A stretch of DNA of 64,000 bases from Felis catus (lineage: Eukaryota). Numbering within the stretch: the first letter of the stretch is position 1; each line of letters starts with the position of its first letter. The position numbers were made by a program, and so were the translations under genes. The stretch covers positions 103,976,001 to 104,040,000 of the forward strand of contig NC_058368.1 of the NCBI RefSeq assembly GCF_018350175.1, read 5' to 3'. The notes under the pieces are model-generated. The model made no database searches. It was given only the letters and a program-made list of their open reading frames with translations, and was not told the origin of the DNA. Below, piece by piece: positions 14,630 through 26,951 of this stretch.

Positions 14630-14932
14630 CTTTAAATATAAAGTACTTTAAATAAAATAAAATATAAATATATAAATAAATAAATAAATAAATAATAAAA
14701 TCATAAATAAATAAATAAAAATATAAAGTGCTTTAAATATAAAGTACTTTAAATAAAATAAAATATAAATATATAAATAAATAAATAATAAATAAAATAA
14801 TAAATAAATAAATAAAATAAAAATATAAAGTGCTTTAAATATAAAGTACTTTAAATAAAATATATAAATAAATAAATAATAAATAAATAAATAAAATAAA
14901 AATATAAAGTACTTTAAATATAAAGTACTTTT
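14630..14932. repeat. AT-rich compound minisatellite
   Basis: 20-mer ctttaaatataaagtacttt at 14630, 14731, 14833 and 14912, separated by (TAAA)n-like spacers. Confidence 0.88.
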
Positions 14933-15256
14933 ATTTACACCGGTAGGTGAATTTGACACACACAGACTGAGGGCTTGCTGTTATTAGGGATTGTTCTATC
15001 TATTTTATTTTATTTTATTTTATTTTATTTTTTTTTTTTTTAATTTATTTTTGGGACAGAGAGAGACAGAGCATGAATGGGGGAGGGCCAGAGAGAGAGG
15101 GAGACACAGAATCGGAAACAGGCTCCAGGCTCCGAGCCATCAGCCCAGAGCCTGATGCGGGGCTCTGGGCTCACGGACGGCGAGATCGTGACCTGGCTGA
15201 AGTCGGACGCTCAACCGACTGCGCCACCCAGGCGCCCCAGTACTATCTATTTTAAG

Positions 15257-15700
15257 AGTGAAACAACCAGTTATTTTACCATCACAATCGGTTTATTAGG
15301 GAACAGCAGAAGAATTGCAGTCTGGGACGAGCAAGTCCAGGAAAAGCCAGAGGCAAGTCCAGAGAACAAAGGAGAGGAATGCTCTTTTACAGAGGAAAAG
15401 GGGGAGTTGGGAGGGGCTGTTAAAAACAAAAGGCCATTGGTGCAAACTGGGAATTTGAAGTGTAGTGGCTTCTTGTTGGCTGATTGGTGACAGTCTCTCA
15501 TTGGCTGAGCTCTTGCTAGGCAAGGAGAAAATCTTCCTCCTACTGGAGTCCTAAAGTAGGCTTCTTCTTTGGGGGGACTGCAAAGCCTATCTCTTTCTGT
15601 TGGCTGGGCTAAGTGGGGCAACTAGGGGTGCAGCTTCAGCTCCCCTCTTTCCAGGCCTCTGACTCCATTTTAGCTGAGGTTTCCTGTATTCATTTCCACA
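15257..15700 (-). mobile_element. Solo LTR (ERV-type, family unassigned)
   Basis: About 440 bp, right end ...ttccaca (TG start on the minus strand), AATAAA on minus near the left end; colinear similarity to 59620-60005. Confidence 0.6.
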
Positions 15701-16796
15701 GTACTATTTTGTAAGAATATTAGGTTGTATTAGACATGGACCCTGCCCTCTAGAGCAGATGTCACTGTAATTTGAGCAATGTCTTAATATGATATTAAAT
15801 ATGAATTTCAGTCTATTGTGACAAATAATAAGTACAGGTCAGGGGCGCCTGGGTGGCTCAGTTGGTTGAGTGTCCAGCTTTGGCTCAGGTCATGATCTCA
15901 AGGTTCACGAGTTCCAACCCCGCGTCAGGTTCTGTGCTGACAGCTCAGAGCCTGGAGCCTGCTTTGGATTCTCTGTCTTCTCTCTCTCTGTCCCCTCCCC
16001 CGCTCATGTTCTGTCTCTCTCTCAAAAATAAAAAATAAAAAGGATATGTACAGGTTATTTTTTTTATTTTATATATAGAAAGAGCATGAGCTGGGGAGAG
16101 GGGCAGAGGGAGAGAGAGAGAGAGAGAGAGAGAGAATCTTTTTTAATGTTTATTTATTTTGAGGGAGAGAGAATCCCAAGCAGGCTTCACCTTGTCTGCG
16201 CTGAGCCAGACGCAGGGCTGGCTCTTACAACTATGAGATCATGACCTGAGCCCAAATCAAGGGTTGGATGCTCAACTAACTGAGCCACCCAGTTGCCCCT
16301 ATACAGGCTATTTTTGGGAAAATAGTGTAGGAGAAAGTCGCCCAGTATAAGGACTGAATAACAACTTCCTGGCAGGAAGTAGTGACACTTAGTGAAACCT
16401 AAGTTTAAAAGGAAAAATAGGAATCAGTGTGAAACAGCTAGGTGAGAGTGTTTTAGAAATGACCCCATTAGCAAGGTTTAGGGTAGATTTGATGGAGAAC
16501 AAAACTGGAAGCAGGGATTCACTGGCTGTGAAACAATCCAGATGACATTGTTTTAGTAGGAGAAGTGGGGGAAGAATAGGTTTGAGAAATGTCAAAAGGC
16601 TTAAAATTGGAAGAGCCTGGTGATGAGTTGAATTGATGGAGGGAAGAAGCTAGAATGACTGGTAATTTCTCTCCCCAGGAAGGCTCTATAGATTGTGATG
16701 CCATTAATAAAGCCATGGGAGGTAGAAGAAAAAGGAGTTTGGGGATATTAAAGTGATGAATTTCCTTTTATAAGAGTTAAGTTTGGGATAAAAGTC

Positions 16797-17980
16797 TGTG
16801 CTGTAATAAGAAATGTATTTTGGGGGGGCGCCTGGATGGCTCAGTCAGTTAAGCGGCCGACTTCGGCTCAGGTCATGATCTCGTAGTCCGTGAGTTTGAG
16901 CCCCGCGTCGGGCTCTGTGCTGACAGCTCAGAGCCTGGAGCCTGTTTCAGATTCTGTGTCTCCCTCTCTCTGACCCTCCCCCGTTCATGCTCTGTCTCTG
17001 TCTCAAAAATAAATAAACGTTAAAAAAAATAAAAAAATTAAAAAAAAGAAAATGTATTTTGGGGTGCCTGGGTGGCTCAGTCGGTTAAACATCCGACTTC
17101 GGCTCAGGTCATGATCTCACAGTCTTTGAGTTCGAGTCCGATGTCCGGCTCTGTGCTGACAGCTCAGAGCCTGGAGCCTGCTTCAGATTCTGTGTCTCCT
17201 TCTCTTTCTGCCCCTCCCCCACTCATGCTCTGCCTCTGTCTCAAAAACATTTTAAAAATTTTTAAAAAACAACAAAGAAATGTACTTTGTCTTTGTCCTT
17301 AATTCCTGGCACAGAGCTCCTAAAATTACTATTTCCTGAGTGATGGTAGAGCATCTTTTGTTACTCAAAATAAGCCCCTTTTGATCACACCTGAGTTTAT
17401 GCTAAAAACGTGTTTTAGGGTAGGGCCTTTAGATGGAGTGAGGGTGGGGCTGATGAACAAAATGGCCAAGTGAGAATAGAATAGGAGCTTACAACCCTAC
17501 CCTTAGCCTCCTAGGAGGTGAAGGGGGCTTGAGATTAGGCACTGTAAAAACTCTTGAACAGGAGTTGGTGATCTTTCAGATTAGCGTACCCATCGAGGTA
17601 CTGAGGGATTTAACGCACCCAGTGAACACAGGGGAGCCGCACTTGCACCCATACCTTGCCTTAGGCATCGCTTCCATCTGATTGTTCCTGAATTGTTTTC
17701 TTGATAATAAACTCAGAAGTGAAGCATTTCCTTGAGTTCTGTAAGCCATTCTAGCAAATTATCGAACCTGATGAGGGGGTCATGAGAACCCCTAATTTAC
17801 AGCCACTCGGCCTGGGGCTTAGAGCTGGCATCTTGAAGTGGGGGCAGTCTTCGGGACTGATCCCTTAACCTGTAGAGTGTATGCTAACTCCAGGTAATTT
17901 GTGTCCGGATTGGATTGTTGGATCCCCAGCTGGTGTCTGGAGAATCAGAGAATTGGTGGTGGTTGTCAGAAAACCCTAGA
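16797..17980 (+). mobile_element. MER21-like (ERVL) solo LTR interrupted by two tandem SINEs (16825-17045, 17061-17275)
   Basis: Resembles recalled MER21 consensus: aataagaaatgtattt...gtctttgtcc...ttcctggcacagagctcctaaaa...atttcctgagtgat...cacacctgagtttatgctaa. Confidence 0.7.
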
Positions 17981-17984
17981 AGGT

Positions 17985-18500
17985 CAGAGCCAGGCGGCAG
18001 ATTTGGGAAATGTCAGCATATAGGTGATAGTTAAAATCATGAGGGTGGATGGAATTTTCCAATGGAAAGAAGAATCCCAAAGAGAGAACCTAGGAATGAT
18101 TTTATGTCGGAATGAAGGTCAGAAGAGGCCGCAAAGGTGATGGAGAGTCAATGGCACAGCAGAAAACAAAACAATAATAAAATGAAACAAAATGGAATCG
18201 AGTCATGAAAAAACAATCCAAGGACTGAGACTCTCAAGAGATAGCAGGGGCAGGCACTACCAGGAGCGGCATTAAGAGAACTCCTGAAGGGCCCGTGGCA
18301 CTTAGCAATACAGAGATCACCAGCGAACTCTGCCAGAGAAATTTTAGTGGAGCATTGGAAATGGAGGCCGGACTGTAGTGAATTGGGTTAATGAGAAATG
18401 AAGAGGGAGACACAGCATGGATAGGCTGTAGCTTCAAGAGACTCCCCTGAGAATTCAAGGAAAGGGAGGGAGGAAACTAGAGGAAGTGAGGTCAAAGGAA
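17985..18500. mobile_element. L2-like relic; probably continuous with 16330-16795 before the LTR inserted
   Basis: Purine-rich L2-like phrases (gatttggga..tgtcagcatataggtgatagttaaa..catgag.gtggatg; cttcaaga). Confidence 0.45.
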
Positions 18501-20377
18501 GGTTTTGATCGGGGGTTTTCAACGTTTATTTATTTTTGGGACAGAGAGAGACAGAGCATGAACGGGGGAGGGGCAGAGAGAGAGGGAGACACAGAATCGG
18601 AAACAGGCTCCAGGCTCCGAGCCATCAGCCCAGAGCCCGACGCGGGGCTCGAACCCACAGACCGCGAGATCGTGACCTGGCTGAAGTCGGACGCTCAACC
18701 CACTGCGCCACCCAGGCGCCCCATTGATTGGGGGTTTTAAATGAGAGAGCTTTGTGAGACTGTACATAAACTCTGAGCAAGCCAGCAGGGAGGGGAAAGA
18801 TGACGTACCACAGATATGGACTACCCAATGGCACAAGCCCAGCGGTGTGGGAGAATGGGCTTGCACGTCAGTATGAGGGAGCCCTTGTCTTCGGAAACTG
18901 GAGAAGTACCCGGACGCGACAGATGCACACCACACACCGTGGTGGGTCAGGGGAACACACGGGGCTACGTTCCTCTGAATGCTTCCAGATTTCAGTTTTC
19001 TTAGCTGAGTTGTGACATGGCCGCTTTCATCCAGAGGGATGAGTTGTGTTTGGCTTGGGCCTTGGAACAGGACAGGAGGGATGTCCACGGGCTGCTGAGT
19101 GTCCAGTGACAGCAGCACCAGTCCACAATAAGGGCTCATTTCCGCCCTTCCACAGTGGTCACCACCCAGGAATTAGGAGGTTAAAAGGGCTGGCTGGTTT
19201 TGAGCCCATCTTGGGTTGTTGATGCTGGCAGAAGGTCTGGCATGGCTAGAAAGGCCATCAGACATGGAGGTGGTCTGAGCCACCTCAGGAGATAAGCCAG
19301 AAGGGATTGATCAGCCAGGGAGAACATAGACTATCAAAGACAGTTGTCTGTGTCTGAGGCTGAAAAGCATGTATGGCAGGACTGGTGAGGGTTGAGAACG
19401 GGAATGATAGAAGACTTCAGGCAGACAGCAGGAGAGAGGATTTCCGTAGGGAGCCGTCTGAGCAGTCAGTGATCTAATGGAGTTAGTGCCAAGTGGCTGG
19501 ATGCCGTTCACGTGGACACTCAAGGAGCCAGGTTTCAAAGTTCTCAAGAAAGGGAAGTGGTCCTTCTCTTGGAGGATGAAGGCGGTAAGGACCATGAGAG
19601 GCAGCTGTCAAGACTAACCCCCGGGAGGTTGGACTTCCTGTATGCTGAGTATAGGTGAAAACTGATGTCCCTTTTTAACCTCCAACAGAAACAGAGAGTA
19701 GTCAACAGATTGATCATCAGGAAATATTTTAAAATCCATTGCCTTTCACATCGACAGTAACAAATTTAGAAAACAAATTGGAGGAAAATGTACAGACAAG
19801 CAACAAGAAATATGAAGGAGCCAGAAAAAAAGTTTAAGAGGAGTTAAAACAGTACACCTACAATAGAAGACAACTTAATGGAGAGGTTTACCTCTTTAAA
19901 AGGAAAGGAAAACTTAACATTATAAGGAGTGTTGTGTTCCTTAAATTTTAAGTTCAAACAATTTGAGCGACTCTCTCCCGACAGTAGAGAATGATTCTAA
20001 AATCCCTCTGAAAGAATAAGCATTTAACAAAGTCTGGACTAGTGGTGCCTGGGTGGCTCAGTCAGTTAAGCATCCGACTTTTTTTTTTTTTTTTTAATTT
20101 TTTTAAAAGTGTTTGATTTATTTTTGAAAGAGAGAGATGGGGGAGTGGGCAGGGACAGAAGATTCAAAGCAGGCTGTGTGCTGAGAGGAGGAAGCCCACT
20201 GCGGGGCTTGAACTCACAAACTGGAAGATCACGATCTGAGCCAAAGTCGGACACTCAACCAACCAAGCCACCCAGGCGCCCCAAGCATCTAACTCTTAAT
20301 CTCAGCTTAGGGTTTGATCTTGGGGTTGTGTGTTCAAGCCACACACTGGGCTACTTGCTGGGTGTAAAGCCTACTTA

Positions 20378-20781
20378 GGAAAGGAAAGGAAAGGAAAGGA
20401 AAGGAAAGGAAAGGAAAGGAAAGGAAAGGAAAGGAAAGGAAAGGAAAGGAAAGGAAAGGAAAGGAAAGGAAAGGAAAGGAAAGGAAAGGAAAGGAAAGGA
20501 AAGGAAAGGAAAGGAAAGGAAAGGAAAGGAAAGGAAAGGAAAGGAAAGGAAAGGAAAGGAAAGGAAAGGAAAGGAAAGGAAAGGAAAGGAAAGGAAAGGA
20601 AAGGAAAGGAAAGGAAAGGAAAGGAAAGGAAAGGAAAGGAAAGGAAAGGAAAGGAAAGGAAAGGAAAGGAAAGGAAAGGAAAGGAAAGGAAAGGAAAGGA
20701 AAGGAAAGGAAAGGAAAGGAAAAAGGAAAGGAAAAAGGAAAGGAAAAAGGAAAGAAAAGAAAAGAAAAGAAAAGAAAAGAA
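20378..20781 (+). repeat. (GGAAA)69 perfect pentanucleotide repeat plus AAAAG-type extension
   Basis: Uninterrupted GGAAA from 20378 to 20722, then AAAAGG/AAAAG units; directly follows a short SINE 3' end (agcctactta). Confidence 0.97.
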
Positions 20782-21979
20782 TGTCCAGATAAACCTAAAT
20801 GATAGACTTGTGGCTTGTTGTGTTGGATTCTCATGTTGTAAGTTTTAATTTGAGCACATCAAACCCTGTTAACTCTTAACCTCATTGCCAACTACCTTCT
20901 TTAACTGAATATTTACAGTACTCTTAATTTTGAAACAAACTCAGTCAACACTATCTAAAATGTATTTTCCAGGGGTGCCTGGGTGACTCAGTCATTTAAG
21001 CGTCCGACTTCAGCTCAGGTCATGATCTCACAGTTCATGACTTCGAGCCCCATGTCGGGTTCTGTGCCGTCAGCTCAGAGCTTGGAGCCTGCTTGAGATT
21101 CTGTGTCTCCTTCTCTCTCTCTGCCCCTCCCCCGCTCGTACTTGCTCTCGCTCGCTCTCTCTCTCAAAAATAAATAAACATTAAAATCAATTAAAATAAC
21201 AATAAATGTATTTTCCAAGGTGTATTCACATTTATGCATTATAAAACTTAGAAATTTTCCTGTGCGCCTTGTGCTAAAAATTCCTCCCTAATCATTTACT
21301 TAAAATTCGCTCTTGTTTAAGACATTGAGCATAACTAGTGTCTTGAAATTCAACCTTATCCCTATGCTTCCTTCTCTTTTTAATGTTTACTTATTTTTGA
21401 GAGAGACAACAAGAGACAGAGTGCAAGCAGGGGAACGGCAGAGAGAGATAGAGAGGGAGACACAATCTGAAGCAGGCTCCAGGCTCTGAGCTATCAACAC
21501 AGAGCCCGATGCAGGGCTCAAACCCATGAACCATGAGATCATGACCTGAGCCGAGGTCAGACACCCAACCCACTGAACCACCCAGGAGCCCGTTGTCTTT
21601 TTCAAAGAAGTTTCAAACACATTAACATCTGTGATTATGAGAGGCTACCTGTAGTAACCTTGACAATGATAGATCATAGCAAAAAATAAAACAAAAATCA
21701 CGAGTAATTGTGTCTCCCAAAGAAAATTCAAACCATGGTTGGTGTTTAGACTCTGGATAGTGCATTTAACTAATACAGGAACTTCATTCCTGAGGTAGCA
21801 TAACATATTCATCATCAATGGGGATTATTTTTCAGAAGTACTAGTTTATGCTGATAAATTGACCCCTCTTTCCCATCTCACACTATAAGATCACTGGGTG
21901 AAAGAAACAAAAGTAATCCATTTGCTTCTCGCTTGGCCTAGTAATCTTTGGTTTGGCTTATATTCACGTCAGTAGTTCT

Positions 21980-22308
21980 AAGATTTTAGTGGGCATAAGA
22001 CATAAGTCTTGGGGCACCTGATCAGGAGAGCATGCTCTCCTGATCTGGGTTTGTGAGTTCGAGCCCCACATTGAGTGTAGAGATTATTTTAAAAAATCCT
22101 TTAAAAAAAAGAAAAAAAGACTTAAGTCTTAAAAGGATGTGAAGATTTTAGTGGGCATAAGACATAAGTCTTGGGGCACCATGCTCAGGAGAGCATGCAT
22201 CTCCTGATCTGGGTTTGTGAGTTCGAGCCCCACATTGAGTGTAGAGATTATTTTAAAAAATCCTTTAAAAAAAAGAAAAAAAGACTTAAGTCTTAAAAGG
22301 ATGTGAAG
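21980..22308 (+). repeat. Tandem duplication, two ~162-164 bp units each containing a short SINE
   Basis: Units 21980-22141 and 22142-22305 are identical except around the SINE A-box; aag microhomology at the junctions. Confidence 0.95.
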
Positions 22309-24396
22309 TAGGGTTAAGAACATTCAGTGTTGGGGCACCTGGGTGGCTCATTCAGTTGAGCATTGACTTTGGGTCAGGTCACGATCTTGAGGTTCGTGAG
22401 TTTGAGCCCTGCCTCGGGCTCTTTGCTAACAGCCTCGCTCCCCTACCCCCACCCCCACTCCTTGCACACGTATGCTCTCTCTCTCTCTCGAAAATAAATA
22501 AACATTAAAAAAAGGGGGACTGGGTGGCTCAGTTTGCTGAGCGTCTGACTTCGACTCAGGTCATGATCTTGTGATTCATGAGTTAGAGCCCCTCATCAGG
22601 CTCTGTGCTGACAGCTCAGAGCCTGGAGCCTGCTTCAGATTGTGTCTCCCTGTGTCTCTGCCCCTACCCTGCTCACGCTCTGGCTCTCTCTGTCTCCCAA
22701 AAAATGAATGAACTTAAAAAAAAAAAAAAAAGTTCAGTTTTACAACTCCCCAGCATCTCCCAGGTGGTTCTAACGTAGAAGGTGCTTACACCCCACTTTG
22801 GGAACCACTAATTTATGGAGTTCGCAGACAGATTTTACTAGAACCCATATGGCTCAAGCACCCCTAAAATGACCTGTCACAGAAGAAAGGAGAGTCCTTC
22901 AGCCTTATTTGTATTCTGTGTTCTGGTTTTGCTAAATATTGTTTCATTCTGAGCATTCTAGTCTTAGGCCAGGCTCCCATTAGTTGGTAAGAAAGTCGGG
23001 CCCTCCCGGCAAAAGCTTGAGGCCACATAGCCTGCTCACACCCTTTCACATCTTTCTCCTCTATCTCCAGAGGTAGCCTTTATCTGGTCACCTGCTGCTG
23101 TGCCTCTGTAAAACCAGCTTTCTCTGAGCCGTTGGTGGGAAGATGCCACCAGAGACTTCACGTGTTGGTGGTATTACGTTCGAAACAGTAAAAGAGAGAG
23201 ATGCCTTCCTCTCCCCTCCCCAGTTCAGTCCTACCTTGTCAGAGATTACTCTAAAGAAGTATAGGGGGGCATAATGGAGTGGGGCTGGAAGAGCAAGCAG
23301 GGATGTGGTGAGGGGATTCAGGGATACAGCAAAAGATGGGCCCTTCGCATTGTCTCTCATGATTGAGCCAACTACACCATGCTGGTAGCTGCCTTTAAAA
23401 CAAGCTTGCCTTCAGCTGAGAAAAGACATTTCCTCAGCACTCTCTGTAAGGTAACCTGACAGTTTGGTATATGAAGCTGTTGAAGGAGAGGGTAGAAATT
23501 ATTGTTACATAAAAGCTCTTTTTTCATGAGCAGGATTCTAGAGGTTTTTGTTGTAAGAATGGGCAGGAACTTCTCGCAAAGGGCGAGGGGGGCAGTTATC
23601 ATTTGTGGCATATATTTATGCTTGACAGTGTCTGAGAATCTAACACTTTAGGGAGATAGCTGATCTTTGCACCTAGAATGCCATATTTTGTTTCGAACCC
23701 ACATGCTACTTGCTTTTCAGATGGGTACTTTCCATCACTTTACTGTGCCCACGAGGGCTGACCTAACCCTGCAAATTCTCAGAAGCCAGTGAGCACATCT
23801 GTGGGAAAGCCCAGACAACCTCGAATACCAGCACAACCCAAGGCCTCACTGACAAATAGTACTGATGGCCCAGAGGAAATGGGTGGTTGTGCTATCACAC
23901 CACCACGTATGTCTGCCATGCGTAAGGTTTCTCTCAAGAATATCCCTTGGGTATTGAAAGGCAAGAGTTGGGAGGGGGTAGAGAGGAGCAGGTGCTACAT
24001 GAGTTGCAGGCGAGATACGTGTGTGGCACTGCCATCCCACCTACCGTCATGGCAGCTCATCCCGTTAGATCCGTTCTGTTCACAACGAGAACCAGCTTCT
24101 TGTTGACCCATGTAACTGCAAATCTCTCTTCTTTCAACCCCAAGAAGACCTCATTCGGCCCAGGTGTTGAGATTAGGTTCTCTTTCTGTTTCTTCTCCCC
24201 ATTGTAGCCAAAGCAGCTAGGCCCCCAAGAGAAGACACTCCAGCACTTGGAGATATCAAAGGGTTACCTCCAATTGCCAAGCTGGTGCCAGCCATGTGGA
24301 CTAGTGCAGGGAACATGAACCTTCCCAAGCCCCATACTAGATATTCCCGATATCCAGCACATGCCTAGAGATAATTTCGTCCGCTCAAAGCCTAAG

Positions 24397-24920
24397 TACT
24401 GGAGAGGGGGAAAATAATTTTCCCTCTACTCTCCCAAGTTCTTAGCCAAGACTGCTATAATAAAAGGCAGATTAACAAGCGAGGAATGTTATTAACATGT
24501 TGACCTTATGTGTATGTGGGAGATAGCCAGGAAAAAGTGAGTAACTCAGAGAGGTGGCTTTAGAATTCAGTATGAAATACCATCTTTATAGGGAAAGGGG
24601 AGGGAAGAGATGGGCCTCTCAGGGGACACTTAATGATTTTTAGGAAAGAAGAAGAATAGGCAGGAGGTATGATAATTTATGACAGTTTGTCTGGGTGGGT
24701 GTGGTGTGAGCTTCTAGTCTGCTCTTTTGTGATGAGTCAGTCCTTCATAGTTGATGCAACTCTCCTGAGTTCCTTTTGGAGGATCCATCTTTAGGTGGGG
24801 AAAGGGAGTTCAGAGTAAGCCTCTCCATGTACCTGTCCTCCTTCAAATGCCTACAGCTTAAAATAGTCTACATACCGAAGCAGCATCTTTTGGGATGGCA
24901 TGTCCTGCTACTCGTCCGTA
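24397..24920 (-). mobile_element. MER34/MER39-like ERV1 solo LTR
   Basis: Reverse complement of the right end (gtagcaggacatgccatcccaaaag) resembles the recalled MER34-class 5' motif cagaatatgccaccccaaaata; about 520 bp. Confidence 0.5.
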
Positions 24921-26507
24921 ATAGTATGTGATGCTAATACCTTCCCTGAACAAGAGCTAGATTTCACATATTTTCTAAATCAGCTATTATTGTTAATCTT
25001 TTTGGGGTTTGGTATCGGTATTGTGTTTATCCTTTTTTTTAATTCAACATCTAGCCTCCTACTGCACTAGTTACAGATGCAGTGATAATATGGGGATTTG
25101 CTTCAAAATGAATGGGAGTTGGGAGGTGAGGGTGGGATACAGATGAACCGCGATTGGCCAAGAGGAGATAATTCTTTTGTCTACTTTGTATATATCATAA
25201 AACTTTTCTAATAAGTAGTTGGAAATTTTTTCTAATAATTTATGAAAATGAGTGGGAGGTTTTAATTACCCAGTCAGTTATGATGTAAGTTAAATATTAA
25301 TCCCCAAAAGTAGGCCGGCCTGAGTTTTTCCAATGAGATCTATGACTGATCTTCAAACGCTGTCACTATTCTTTTTATAAACATCACCTACCTCCATTGG
25401 TCAAATAAAAAGTGCACGCACTACCCTAAGCTCCCTTACCCCAAACTTTTTAAAATGGGGTAAAAAAAAAAAGAATTTCTAAATTCCAGTGTGGTATGAC
25501 AGAGAGCAGCTCTGGAACAGAGGCCGTGGGAGCAAGGACCTGGTGTGGGGGAGGCAAGAAAGCCAGGCTGTCATTAAGACACCGAAATATCATAACATCC
25601 CTTATGAAGGTGCCACTCCCAGAAACCATGCATTGGGCTGCTCTTAGGAAGCCACAAGATGATGGAATAGATTACTCTCCTTGAGCCTTAGCCATTTCAG
25701 AGGTGTAAAACGAAGGAAGGCAATCCTGTTTGCTTCCAGCTTCTGGGCATCTGCACTATCTAAGCATTGCCCTTTAGACTCTTAAAAAAACAAATCAACT
25801 AAGGTGTGATGGCTCCTCCCAGCAGCAGTGATGAGCTCATATGGGCTTAGTAAAGCTCTACCTTTCACCCAGTTTCCTGGGAAGAAACCATAAAGCTTCC
25901 TCAATGGAAATGTTCCTTCTTGACCCACAGTATTTGCTGTATCATTTTGTCAGATCTTTGCCTGGAAGAATTAGAAGGGCAGGCCACTGCCTCACCAAAA
26001 CTACCCCTGGCCAGTTTCGTCTAAGTCTGCCACAAGGATATCCAACCCAGTAGGAAACTTCTCTGGTCTTTCTCACGCCAGGCTTTGTAAAGTCCAGGAA
26101 TCCCAAGTGAAGGGCATCCCTTCATGTTGCTATTTTTGCTGTCTGGTGTAGCCACAAAGGGCTCTGGACTAGAAATCAGAATGCCTGGCGTCTGGTGCTG
26201 ATTTGATGAACCTAAGTAGAAATGAGTGGAGCACTTTCCCCCTAGAGTCACAGAGACCCTGGATCCTGCCCCCCAGAGGCTTATGGTAGCCTTTCATAAT
26301 GTTAAAGCAAACCTCACATTAATGCATGTAGTTGCCATGGAAGTCATACCTTACAGGGTACTGGGAAGGAGCATTTTCATGGGGCGCCTGGGTGGCCTCA
26401 GTGGCTTAAATGTTAGATTCTTGATTTTGGCTCTGGTCATGATCTCATGGTTCGTGAGATGGAACCACACATCAGGCTCTGCGCTGTCAGCACAGAACCT
26501 GCTTGAG

Positions 26508-26563
<56 letters not shown>

Positions 26564-26883
26564 CTCCCTCTCTCCCTCTCTCCCTCTCTCCCTCTCTCCC
26601 TCCTCTCTCTCCTCTCTCTCCTCTCTCTCTCCTCTCTCTCCTCTCTCTCCCTCTCTGCCCCTCCCCCTCTCAAAAATAAATAAATTAATTAAAAAAATAA
26701 ATAAATTTTAAGAAGCAACACTTCTTAAAAATGAAAATTAAAAAATAAAAGGAGCCTAAGGGGCACCTGGGTGGCTCAGTTGAGCCATCCAACTCTTGAT
26801 TTCGGCTCAGGTCATGATCTCCCAATTCATGGATTCGAGCCCCGCGCTGGGCTCTGTGCTGACAGTGTGGAGCCTGCTTGGGA

Positions 26884-26951
<68 letters not shown>

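Noticed and set aside
14630..14932. Repeat-spacer pattern resembling a CRISPR array
   Set aside because: Mammalian intron, spacers are mutually similar low-complexity (TAAA)n, no cas genes.
18519..19139. 206-aa minus-strand ORF, longest in the track
   Set aside because: C-terminal third is SINE; remainder has no recognisable homology; non-ATG start.
20330..20848. 172-aa (KGKER)n and 166-aa (FPFLS)n ORFs
   Set aside because: Translations of the (GGAAA)n microsatellite; no splice or coding context.
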